Below, piece by piece: positions 1 to 8,695 of a stretch of 64,000 bases of DNA. Each line of letters starts with the position of its first letter. Position 1 is the first letter of the stretch. The stretch spans positions 448,509 through 512,508 of the forward strand of contig CBDEFI010000001.1 in NCBI GenBank assembly GCA_965237375.1, read 5' to 3'. The notes below the pieces were generated by a model. That model had not been told where the DNA came from and did not search any database. It was given only the letters and a program-made list of their open reading frames with translations. The translations under genes were made by a program, and so were the position numbers. The stretch is from Acidimicrobiales bacterium. GTDB lineage: Bacteria > Actinomycetota > Acidimicrobiia > Acidimicrobiales > CATQHL01.

Positions 1-339
1 TCGCGAGCAATCCGCTGCGGCAACGTCATCGAGGTGGCCGGCACGACCGCCATGGGGCCCGGCGAAGAGGTCGAGATCATCGCCGTCGGCGACATGTACG
101 GCCAGACCAAGGCCTGCCTGGAGATCATCGTGGCGGCGTTGGCAAAGTTGGGTGCCGGCCCCGAACACGTCGTGCGCACCCGCATGTTCGTCACCGACAT
201 CTCGCTGTGGGAAGAGGCCGGGCGCGCCCACGCCGAGTTCTTCGGCGATGTGAAGCCCGCCAGTTCTCTCCTGGAGGTCAGCGCCTTCCTGGACCCGCGG
301 CTGCTCATCGAGATCGAGGCCACCGCCATCGTGGACTGA
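1..339 (+). CDS. RidA/YjgF-family (reactive intermediate deaminase-like) protein, 5' end outside window
   Basis: Frame 1 is open from the window edge (..IRCGNVIEVAGTTAMGP..). The C-terminal ..RTRMFVTDI..LLEVSAFLDPRLLIEIEATAIVD fits the YjgF/RidA fold pattern. GC3-rich codons. Confidence 0.7.
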   Translation, partial: SRAIRCGNVIEVAGTTAMGPGEEVEIIAVGDMYGQTKACLEIIVAALAKLGAGPEHVVRTRMFVTDISLWEEAGRAHAEFFGDVKPASSLLEVSAFLDPRLLIEIEATAIVD

Positions 340-385
340 GGCGAAACGCGGGCTCCGCGGCACGCGCTCGGTCGGCAGGTCAGAC

Positions 386-2218
386 TCAGTCGGGGAACTC
401 GGGGCCCTCGGGGTGGCCGGCTCGGAGCGCGGCTGTGGCCTCGGCGTCGAGGATGAAGTCGTCCGCCTCGGGATCCTCGACGGCCACCACGCCATAGTCC
501 CGCCGGGCGCCTTCGACGGTGACGTAACCGTCGCGCAGGTCCTCGAGGACGTGCTCGATGCGACGCGTGAACGGGTGGCCGTAGCCGCCGCCGCCGGGCT
601 GGAAGCAGTCCAGGATCTGCCCCTTGCGGATCGGCAGGTTGGTGCAGAACATGCCGACGTTCACTTCCTCGTCGGTTCCCGGGGAATACACGAACTTGTT
701 GGGCCGCGCATCCGTGCCGCCGGCGAAGCCCCACGGGCCGAACTTCTCGCCGTCGCCGAGGTCGGACAGCACGCCGTCGCCGTGGGTCAGGCTCCAGCGC
801 CGGGTCACGCCCAGACCGCCCCGCGACCACCCCGCTCCGGCGCTGTCGTTCTCCATCCGGTAGCAGTCGAACAGAACCGGGAACAGCCGCTCCTGGAGTT
901 CGACCGGTTGGTTCATGGCGGTTGTGGCGAACGTGGTCATGGCGGTGGCGTTGTCCTTGCGGGCGGCCCGGCCTCCCCAGCCGCCCTCCAGCCACAGGTA
1001 CATGACGAACTCGCGGTCGTAGCCGGGCCGCGGGTCGTGGCCCGCCGTGATCGTGTTCAGCAGGCCGGTGGGGCCGGCCATGGACCGCTCGGGCACCAGG
1101 TGCATGAACGCCTTCAACACCAGGTCGCACACCGCCGGATACACCCCGGCGGCGCAGCCCGACACCGGGGCCGGGAACTCCACGCTCAGCAGCAGCCCCG
1201 GCGGCAGCACGAAGTCGATGGCCCGGAACACGCCCTGGTTCATGGGGATGTGCGGGAAGATCATCTTCATGGTGACGACCGCGGCCGACAGCGTGACCGA
1301 CCGCGTCGAGTTCACCGCTCCCTTGGCGGGGCCGCTGGAGCCGGAGAAGTCCATCGTGGCCCGGTCGCCGTGCACAGTAAGGACCATGTGCGCCGAGAGA
1401 GGCTCGTCGGGGTCGCCGACGGGGTCGCAGTCGAGGAGCGCCTCGACCTCGACAGGGCCGTCGGGCAGCTTGGCGAACTCGGCGCGCAGCAGGTCCTCGG
1501 AGTACTCGATGAACTCGTCCATGGCGGCCAGGATCATGTCGCTGCCGTACCGCCGGGCGAGCGCCAAGAGCCGCTGCTCGCCGAGGCGGACGGCGCCGAT
1601 GGAGGTCAGCAGGTCGCCGCGAGCCGTGTCGGCCATCCGCACGTTGCGCAGGATGAGCGCGGAAACCTCCGGCTGGAAAACCCCCTCGCGCACGACGTGG
1701 ATGGGCGGCACCGCCAGGCCCTCGCCGTACGAACTGCGGGAGTTGGAGTCGAATGTGCCGGGCACGTGGCCGCCGATGTCGGTCCAGTGCATGGAGTTCT
1801 GGACGAAACCGGCGAGGGAACCGTCGAGGTAGAACGGCATGACGGCCCGCATGTCGTTGTGGTGCGTGCCGCCGATGTAGGGGTCGTTGATCAGCACGAC
1901 GTCGCCGGGCCGGAAGTACTCCTCGGGATCGGTGTCGATCCACTCCAGCATCCCCTTGATGGTGAAGGGATGCGTGCCGAGGTGGGCGGCCAGGTCGCGC
2001 ACGCCCGAGGCCACGAGGTCGCCCCGGCGGTTGCTGATGGTTCCGGAGTAGTCACCGCCCTCGCTGACGACGAGCGAGAAGGCGGCCCGCATCGTCAGCG
2101 CACTCATCTCGTCGACGATGCTGCTGAAGGCGCTGTTCAGCACCTGGAACAGGATGGGGTCGCGCTGGCGCAGACCCGTTGCCCCCTCCGACGGGGTCTC
2201 CACGATTCGCAGGCTCAT
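386..2218 (-). CDS. hydantoinase B/oxoprolinase-family subunit (HyuB-like), pair 1
   Basis: 610-aa ORF. DPILFQVLNSAFSSIVDEMSALTMRAAFSLVVSEGGDYSG and NDPYIGGTHHNDM are hallmark hydantoinase_B motifs. It lies directly downstream of the HyuA-like gene. Confidence 0.85.
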   Translation of the reverse strand: MSLRIVETPSEGATGLRQRDPILFQVLNSAFSSIVDEMSALTMRAAFSLVVSEGGDYSGTISNRRGDLVASGVRDLAAHLGTHPFTIKGMLEWIDTDPEEYFRPGDVVLINDPYIGGTHHNDMRAVMPFYLDGSLAGFVQNSMHWTDIGGHVPGTFDSNSRSSYGEGLAVPPIHVVREGVFQPEVSALILRNVRMADTARGDLLTSIGAVRLGEQRLLALARRYGSDMILAAMDEFIEYSEDLLRAEFAKLPDGPVEVEALLDCDPVGDPDEPLSAHMVLTVHGDRATMDFSGSSGPAKGAVNSTRSVTLSAAVVTMKMIFPHIPMNQGVFRAIDFVLPPGLLLSVEFPAPVSGCAAGVYPAVCDLVLKAFMHLVPERSMAGPTGLLNTITAGHDPRPGYDREFVMYLWLEGGWGGRAARKDNATAMTTFATTAMNQPVELQERLFPVLFDCYRMENDSAGAGWSRGGLGVTRRWSLTHGDGVLSDLGDGEKFGPWGFAGGTDARPNKFVYSPGTDEEVNVGMFCTNLPIRKGQILDCFQPGGGGYGHPFTRRIEHVLEDLRDGYVTVEGARRDYGVVAVEDPEADDFILDAEATAALRAGHPEGPEFPD

Positions 2219-2231
2219 ACGGTCGCCTCCT

Positions 2232-4307
2232 TCACTCCGAGCGGGTCATCAACAGGTTGCCGAGCTTGTCCACCTCGACCTCCCAGTGCGATGGAACCCA
2301 GGTGGTGGAGTCCTCCTGGGTGAGGACCAGCGGGCCGGTGAGGCGGCTGCCCACGTGGAGCCGGCTCCGCTCGGCGACCCGTGCGGTGACCTCGCCGTCG
2401 CGGGTGAGGACGGGTCGATCGACAGTGCGGAGTGGTGAGGTGGGGCCGCTGAACGGGATGTGGGGCCGCTCCGAACGCCGCACGCCGCGCACGCGCAACG
2501 CCGAGATCTCCACCGGGATGTCCACGGCCACCGAGTGGAACTGCCGCTCGTACTCCTCGAAGAACAGTGCGCGGAACTCTTCCTCGAAGCGCTCCGGCAC
2601 CACGCCGCTCTCCAGATCGACCGTCAGCGCCCGCACCTGGCCCAGGTAGCGGAGATCGATGAAGTACTCCAGGCGCTGCCGCTCCTCGTCCACGCCCTCA
2701 TCGCTGAGCCTCCCGCGCATCGCCGCTGCGAGCCCGTCGAAGACCTCCTGCAGGTGGGCGCGGTCGGCGTTGGCGAGTTCGGTGATGAGCGCCTCGCCGA
2801 TGTCGTGGGTGATGTCGACGTAGAGGCAGCCCAGACCCGACGTGACCCCCGGGGCGAGGGGCACCACGATCCGCCTGATCCCCAGCACGTCGGCCAACTC
2901 GGCAGCCATGAGCGGCCCGGCGCCGCCGAACGGCACCAGCGTGAAGTTGCGCGGATCCAGCCCGCGCTCCACGGTCACCACCCGAATGGAGCGCGCCATG
3001 TTGTTGTTGGTGATGTCGATGATCCCCAGGGCGGCATCGGTGTCGCTGAGGCCGAGTTCTGCGGCGAACTCGCCGACGGCGCGGCGCGCCGCGGCCACAT
3101 CGAGATTGATGCCGCCGGCGAGGGCCACGTCGGCCACGAGGCGCCCCGCCACCAGGTTGGCGTCGGTGACGGTGGCCTGCGTACCGCCGAGGAGGTAGGC
3201 GGCCGGGCCAGGGTCGGCGCCGGCGCTCTGCGGCCCGACGTGAGGCAGGTGACCGGCGTCGACCCAGGCGATCGAACCGCCGCCCGCCCCGATCGTGATG
3301 AGGTCGATGGCCGGGAAGCGCGCCGGCTGGCCGAAACGCGGCGAGAACTCGTGGACGATGCCCGCCCGGCCGCCCTGCACGACGGCGATGTCGGCGCTGG
3401 TGCCGCCGATGTCCAGCGAGATCACCTCGTCAAGCCCCTCCGATGAGGCCAGCACCCCGGCAGCCACGACGCCCGCCGCCGCGCCGGTGGAGGCGGCGAC
3501 GCCCTCCGCGGCCTTCGCCCCGGCGGCGGGCCCCGAGGTCAGCACCCGGGCGGGGAAGCGCGAGGCGCTCTCGAGGGTGAGGAGCCCGCCGCCGGAGTGC
3601 ATCACGTACAGCCGCCCGACGAAGCCGGCTTCCCGCAGGCGGGACTCCAGCGCGGTGAGGTAGTCGCTGACGACCGGGGCCAGGTAGGCGTTGAGGACCG
3701 TGGTGGAGGTGCGCTCGAACTCCGGCGGCTCCCGCAGCAGCGCCCCCGACGTGCTGATGAACGCCTCCGGCACCTCGGTGCGCACGAGTTCCGCCGCCTG
3801 ATCCTCGTGCGCGGTGTTCACATACGAGTGCAGGAAGGCGATGGCGAAGGTGCGGATGCCGCGCCGCGCCGCCGTGCGGGCCGCCGAGCGCACCTGCTCG
3901 GCGTCGAGTGGCGTCACGACGTTGCCCGCATAGTCGAGCCGCTCGGCGATCTCGAAGCGGTTGCGGCGCGCCACGAGGGGCGGCGGCGGATCCCACTGGA
4001 TGTCGTAGGGATCGCCGCGGTTGTGCCGGCGGAGTTCGAGCACGTCGCGGAAGCCCCGCGTTGTCAGCAACGCCGTCGGTGCGCCCCGCTGGGTGATCAC
4101 GGCGTTCGTGGCGATCGTGGTGCCGTGGGCGATCATTTCGATCTCGCCGATGGGGATACCGGCGGCCGCAATGGAGTCCAGGACGCCCTGATCGAACGCC
4201 GACGGGGTGGACGGCACCTTGGCGATACGTTGCTCGCCGCCCCGTACCCCTACCAGGTCGGTGAACGTCCCGCCCGTGTCGATCCCGACCTGCCAGCCGC
4301 CTTGCAT
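2232..4307 (-). CDS. hydantoinase A/oxoprolinase-family ATP-binding subunit (HyuA-like), pair 1
   Basis: Track ORF is 2232..4337. I prefer ATG 4307, which has AAGGAGG 8 nt upstream. Motifs WQVGIDTGGTFTDLV and SLDIGGTSADI are ASKHA-type ATPase motifs. Confidence 0.85.
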   Translation of the reverse strand: MQGGWQVGIDTGGTFTDLVGVRGGEQRIAKVPSTPSAFDQGVLDSIAAAGIPIGEIEMIAHGTTIATNAVITQRGAPTALLTTRGFRDVLELRRHNRGDPYDIQWDPPPPLVARRNRFEIAERLDYAGNVVTPLDAEQVRSAARTAARRGIRTFAIAFLHSYVNTAHEDQAAELVRTEVPEAFISTSGALLREPPEFERTSTTVLNAYLAPVVSDYLTALESRLREAGFVGRLYVMHSGGGLLTLESASRFPARVLTSGPAAGAKAAEGVAASTGAAAGVVAAGVLASSEGLDEVISLDIGGTSADIAVVQGGRAGIVHEFSPRFGQPARFPAIDLITIGAGGGSIAWVDAGHLPHVGPQSAGADPGPAAYLLGGTQATVTDANLVAGRLVADVALAGGINLDVAAARRAVGEFAAELGLSDTDAALGIIDITNNNMARSIRVVTVERGLDPRNFTLVPFGGAGPLMAAELADVLGIRRIVVPLAPGVTSGLGCLYVDITHDIGEALITELANADRAHLQEVFDGLAAAMRGRLSDEGVDEERQRLEYFIDLRYLGQVRALTVDLESGVVPERFEEEFRALFFEEYERQFHSVAVDIPVEISALRVRGVRRSERPHIPFSGPTSPLRTVDRPVLTRDGEVTARVAERSRLHVGSRLTGPLVLTQEDSTTWVPSHWEVEVDKLGNLLMTRSE

Positions 4308-4447
4308 GATTCGAGCCTCCTTGGTGCCCCGCACCACCCCCCGGCGTCAGAGCGAACCTACAACACCGGGCACGTCCGCCGGAATCGTCGGTCTAGGGGA
4401 TTGGCGACTTGCGCACCCGCAGCGCCTGTCGGACCGCTGGACAGTGG

Positions 4448-4467
4448 ATTCCGGCGTTCGCCGGAAT
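4448..4467. promoter_or_regulatory. perfect 20-bp palindrome ATTCCGGCG-TT-CGCCGGAAT in the 185-nt gap inside the hydantoinase cluster
   Basis: Read directly. A third CGCCGGAAT half-site lies at 4377-4385. Candidate operator or RNA hairpin. Confidence 0.4.
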
Positions 4468-4522
4468 GATGGTGGTGGGTGGCCGGGTGCCGCGAGTGCG
4501 AGCGGCACGGGCCGGTGGATTG

Positions 4523-4720
4523 CTAGAGCACGGTGCCGGGTTCGTCGATGCGGCGGAGCCGACCGAAGAGCCGCTCGCAGGTCTCGTCGCAACAGCGGCG
4601 GGTCTCGCCGCCCTCGGGCTCGACGAAGCTCCAGTAGCGGGCGATCAGGAGGTTGCCGCACACGTCGCAGTAGTCGACGGTCGTGTCGTGCCAGCTCTTG
4701 GCCAGTTCATGCCACGCCAT
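4523..4720 (-). CDS. small Cys-rich putative zinc-ribbon protein (65 aa)
   Basis: Strong GC3 codon bias. Contains DYCDVCGN...RRCCDETCE (CxxC + CCxxxC). Its start overlaps the stop of the upstream HyuB-like gene by 14 nt, so it is embedded in the operon. Confidence 0.6.
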   Translation of the reverse strand: MAWHELAKSWHDTTVDYCDVCGNLLIARYWSFVEPEGGETRRCCDETCERLFGRLRRIDEPGTVL

Positions 4721-6548
4721 CGCGCATGGACCTCCTCAGCTCGGCGGTGGCTGCGCCGTCGACGGCAAGAGCACCGCCGTCGACGGCAAGAGTTCCCCCG
4801 GCAGGGTCCCCGTCGGAGCCAACGAGTACCACGCCGTAGAGGGATCGGGCCGAGGACCGGCTCACGAAGCCCAGGGCCACGTCGGCCAGCACCTTCTCGG
4901 GGTCGCGCTCGAGCGGGTCGCCGTAGCCGCCCCCCGACGGTGACGTGATCCGCACCCGGTCGCCGCGGCGCAGGCGGATGTTGGCGAACTTCGACGGCGA
5001 CACCAGACCGAACGCCTCCTGAAAGGTCTCGTACTCCGAGGTGCCGGCGGGGGCCACCTCCAGGCAGGTCCGGCTGCCGTCGCTGCCGCCGAACAGCCCC
5101 CACGGGGAGCGTTTCATGCGCTCGCAGAGGGCGCTCACGGTAATCACCTCGCCCGCCACCTCCATGATCCGCCGCACACCCAGCCCGCCGCGGTGCCGCC
5201 CGGCACCGGCGGTGTCGTCGTTGAGGCAGTACTCCTCGTGCACCCAGGGCCACTTGGTCTCGAAAATCTCCACGGGGGTGTTCCGGCAGTTGGCGTGCGG
5301 CACGATCTGCGCGCTGTTGCCGTCGCTGGTGGCCCGGCCGCCCCACCCCATGCCCTCGAAGTGGTAGTGCGCGTAGTACTCGCCGTTGCGGGGGTCCACC
5401 CCGCCGAACAGGAAGTTCAGCGACGTGTTGCCGCTGGCGGCCGCCGCCCGCTCGGGCAGGATCTGCGACAGGATCTGCCCGAGGACCAGTTCCATGATCC
5501 GCGGCTGGAACTCGGTCTGCCCGCCCACGCACGGTCCCGGCAACCGCACGCAGGTGATCGTCCCGGCCGGGGCCACCACCTTGATCGGCCGCACGATGCC
5601 GGCGTTGACGGGCACGTCACGTGCGAGCACGTACAGCAGCCCGTTCAGCGAGGCCGACAGGGTCACGACGTACGGTGCGTTGATGGGTCCTACCGCCTGC
5701 TCGTCGGAGCGGGAGTAGTCGAAGATCAACTCGTCGCCCTCCACGATGATGCGCGAGCGGATCCAGTAGGGGCGGTCGGAGATGCCGTCGTCCTCCATGC
5801 AGTCCTCACCGGTGTAGATCCCGTCGGGGAGGCTCGCGATCTCCGAGCGCATGTAGGCCTCGGCGTAGTCCAGGATCTGGTCGAAGGACTCGTTGAGGCC
5901 GTCAGCGCCGCGCTCGGCAATGAGGTCGCCGACACGGCGCTCCCCCACCCGCAGCGAGCCCAGCATGGCGTGCAGGTCGCCCCAGGAGTTGTCCGGGGTG
6001 CGGTGGTTGGCCAGTATGATGCGCCAGATGTCCCGCACGGGCTCCCCCCGGTCGAAGAGCTTGGTGGGAGGAATACGCAGGCCCTCCTGGAAGATGTCGG
6101 TGGCTGTGGCCGCGAACGATCCGGGGGCCATCCCGCCGATCTCGGCCAGGTGGGCGATGTTGCCCACGAAGGCGGCAATCTCCCCGTCGTGGTAAACGGG
6201 CGCCACCATCATGTGCTCGGGCAGGTGTGATCCGCCCCGGTAGGGGTCGTTGTGGACGAAGACGTCACCGTCGGCGAAGTTCTCCGGGCCGACCTCGCGG
6301 ATGATCCAGGTGGCGGCGTACAGCGAGGCGCCCAGCATCGCCGGGTTGATCCCGGCAGTGGCGACGAGGCGGCCCCGGCGATCCAGGACCAGCGTCGAGA
6401 AGTCCAGTCCCTCGGAGAAAATCGGCGAGTAGGCGGTGCGCATCATGGCAAAGGCCATTTCGTCACAGATGTTCCGCACCCGCTTGTAGAGGAGGGTGAG
6501 ACCCACCCGGTCGACGCCGGCGGTCGACGGCGGGCTCGTAGCGCTCAT
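4707..6548 (-). CDS. hydantoinase B/oxoprolinase-family subunit (HyuB-like), pair 2
   Basis: Track ORF is 4707..6593. ATG 6548 forms an ATGA overlap with the upstream HyuA stop. Motifs LLYKRVRNICDEMAFAMMRTAYSPIFSEGLDFS and NDPYRGGSHLPEH. Confidence 0.85.
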   Translation of the reverse strand: MSATSPPSTAGVDRVGLTLLYKRVRNICDEMAFAMMRTAYSPIFSEGLDFSTLVLDRRGRLVATAGINPAMLGASLYAATWIIREVGPENFADGDVFVHNDPYRGGSHLPEHMMVAPVYHDGEIAAFVGNIAHLAEIGGMAPGSFAATATDIFQEGLRIPPTKLFDRGEPVRDIWRIILANHRTPDNSWGDLHAMLGSLRVGERRVGDLIAERGADGLNESFDQILDYAEAYMRSEIASLPDGIYTGEDCMEDDGISDRPYWIRSRIIVEGDELIFDYSRSDEQAVGPINAPYVVTLSASLNGLLYVLARDVPVNAGIVRPIKVVAPAGTITCVRLPGPCVGGQTEFQPRIMELVLGQILSQILPERAAAASGNTSLNFLFGGVDPRNGEYYAHYHFEGMGWGGRATSDGNSAQIVPHANCRNTPVEIFETKWPWVHEEYCLNDDTAGAGRHRGGLGVRRIMEVAGEVITVSALCERMKRSPWGLFGGSDGSRTCLEVAPAGTSEYETFQEAFGLVSPSKFANIRLRRGDRVRITSPSGGGYGDPLERDPEKVLADVALGFVSRSSARSLYGVVLVGSDGDPAGGTLAVDGGALAVDGAATAELRRSMRDGVA

Positions 6549-8695
6549 CGCCGGCCGTCCTCGGCTTCGGCCGCCCGGGCGATGATCAGGCACTGACTGT
6601 GGTGCACCGAGGCATCGAAGCCCGGCGGCACCCAGGTGGTGGAGTCGGCCTCTTCCACCACGGCCGGGCCGTGGACCATCTCGCCGACGCCCAACGAGTC
6701 GCGGTTGACGATGCGGGCGTCCACCCAGTGGCCGGCCGCCGCCAGCACCCGGCGCGTCACCGGCGCGCCCGATGCCCCGACCGATCCCGACGCCCCCGCC
6801 GAGTCGTTCGGGCCGGAGTACGGGCGGATCAGCACATCGGGCGCCGGCGAGAGCGCGGTGGCCCCCAGGTAGACCGACTGGATGGGTTGGTCACGCATTT
6901 CGTAGCCGTAGGCGGCCATGTGCGTGGCGTGGTAGCGGTCGGCGAGTTCTGCCACGAAGTCGCCGGCGTCAGGGCCGATGGGCACCGCCAACTCGAAGCT
7001 ACGGTCGACGTGGCCGAAGTCGGTGCGGATCTCCTGCTCGTAGTTCTGACCGAGGTAGCGGCAAGCCACGTACGTCGTGACGTCCACCTGGGCCTCGGTG
7101 CGGCGTAGTTGCGAGCGCAACTCCCCCGCCGCCTCGGCGGCCAGCCGGGCGAGGGCGCCGGGCAGGTCTGCCGACTCGGCGTGGTCCAATCGGCGCACGA
7201 GCGTGATACGGCGGTCCACCCGCTGGTCGGCAATGACCGTGCCGTAGGCGGAGACGAGCCCCGGATTGGGCGGGACGATGACGCGGTTCATCCCCATGCG
7301 GCGAGCGATCTCGGCAGCGTGTAGCGGGCCGGCTCCCCCGTAGGCCACCAGGTCGAACTCGCGGTAGTCCAAGCCGCGGTCCACGGTCACCAGCCGCATG
7401 GCACCGTCCATGTTCTCAATGGAGACCGACACGATGGCGTCGGCTGTGTCCTCGGGCGTGAGGCCCAGCCGGTCGGCCAGCGGTTGTGTGGCCCGGCGGG
7501 CCCGTGTCGCGTCGAGGCCCATCCTCCCGCCCAGGAAGTACTCGGGGTTCAGGCGGCCCATCACGACGTTGGCATCGGTCACCGTGGGCTGCTCACCGCC
7601 GAGGCCGTAGCACGCCGGACCGGGGTCGGCGCCGGCACTCTCGGGGCCGACCTTCAGCAGGCCACCCGAGTCGATGGACGCGATGGAGCCGCCACCGGCC
7701 CCGATTGTCGTCACGTCCAGGATCGGCAGCGCCAGCGGCAGGCCGAACTCCACCTCGAACAGGCCGGAGAACTGCAACTCGCCGTCGGTGATGACACCCA
7801 CGTCGGCGCTGGTGCCGCCCATATCGAGGGTCACCGCCTTGTCGGTGCCCACGGCGCGGGCAAAATGGGCGCCGGCGATCATCCCCGCCGCGAGGCCCGA
7901 GAGCACGATCTCCACCGGCCGCGCCGTGGCGTCGGGGATCGCCACCTGGCCGCCGTTGGAGCGCAGCAGCCCGTGCCAGCCACCCATGGCCACCTCGGTC
8001 AGCTCCCTGACGAGCCCCCCGGCGAAGTCGCCGACGATGGGCTTGACGTAGGCGTCCATGACGGTGGTGTTGCACCGCTCGTACTCGCGCCAGATGGGCG
8101 CAACCTCACTCGAGATCGAGACGGGTACGTCGGGTAGCGCCGCCGACAGCGCTGCGGCCAGCGCCTGCTCGTGCGCGGGGTTGACGTAGGAGAACAGCAG
8201 CGAGACGGCCACCGCCGGCTTGTGGTCCTGCGCCGTGAGCCGGCGGACGCTCTCGACGACGCGCCCCATCTCCTCGTCGCTGATCGTTGTGCGGACCGAC
8301 CCGTCGGCGAGGATCCGCTCGGCGACGCCCACGACCCGGTTGCGCGCCACATACGGCTCGGCCTTCACCCACTGCAGGTCGTACAGACCCTGCCGGTCGA
8401 TCCGCTGGATGTAGAGGACGTCCTCGAATCCCGCCGTGGTGACGAGCACCGTGGGGGCGCCGCGTCGCTGGATCAGGGCGTTGGTGGCGATGGTCGTGCC
8501 CATGACGAAGGAGTCGATGTCGCCCCCGGGGTCGACGCCCGACCGCTCAAGGGCGTCGAACGTGGCGCGGGCAGGCTCGGCGGGAGTGGAGGCGACCTTC
8601 TGCAGACGCACGTCGCCGTCGGGGCCGACGGCGACCAGGTCGGTGAACGTCCCGCCCGTGTCGACCCCGATGCGCCAGGAACCGTCAGGCGTCAC
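6545..8695 (-). CDS. hydantoinase A/oxoprolinase-family ATP-binding subunit (HyuA-like), pair 2
   Basis: 716-aa ORF with WRIGVDTGGTFTDLV and TLDMGGTSADVG. GTG start at 8695 overlaps (GTGA) the stop of the ABC ATPase. Confidence 0.85.
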   Translation of the reverse strand: MTPDGSWRIGVDTGGTFTDLVAVGPDGDVRLQKVASTPAEPARATFDALERSGVDPGGDIDSFVMGTTIATNALIQRRGAPTVLVTTAGFEDVLYIQRIDRQGLYDLQWVKAEPYVARNRVVGVAERILADGSVRTTISDEEMGRVVESVRRLTAQDHKPAVAVSLLFSYVNPAHEQALAAALSAALPDVPVSISSEVAPIWREYERCNTTVMDAYVKPIVGDFAGGLVRELTEVAMGGWHGLLRSNGGQVAIPDATARPVEIVLSGLAAGMIAGAHFARAVGTDKAVTLDMGGTSADVGVITDGELQFSGLFEVEFGLPLALPILDVTTIGAGGGSIASIDSGGLLKVGPESAGADPGPACYGLGGEQPTVTDANVVMGRLNPEYFLGGRMGLDATRARRATQPLADRLGLTPEDTADAIVSVSIENMDGAMRLVTVDRGLDYREFDLVAYGGAGPLHAAEIARRMGMNRVIVPPNPGLVSAYGTVIADQRVDRRITLVRRLDHAESADLPGALARLAAEAAGELRSQLRRTEAQVDVTTYVACRYLGQNYEQEIRTDFGHVDRSFELAVPIGPDAGDFVAELADRYHATHMAAYGYEMRDQPIQSVYLGATALSPAPDVLIRPYSGPNDSAGASGSVGASGAPVTRRVLAAAGHWVDARIVNRDSLGVGEMVHGPAVVEEADSTTWVPPGFDASVHHSQCLIIARAAEAEDGRR

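Noticed and set aside
413-2323. 636-aa plus-strand ORF (and similar ones at 2460..3446, 3597..4469, 5193..6230, 7484..8137, 8171..8893) antisense to the hydantoinase genes
   Set aside because: Their translations are R/G/A/P/H-rich low-complexity sequences with no recognisable motifs. They overlap minus-strand genes that have clear family signatures, and are typical stop-poor antisense frames of high-GC DNA.
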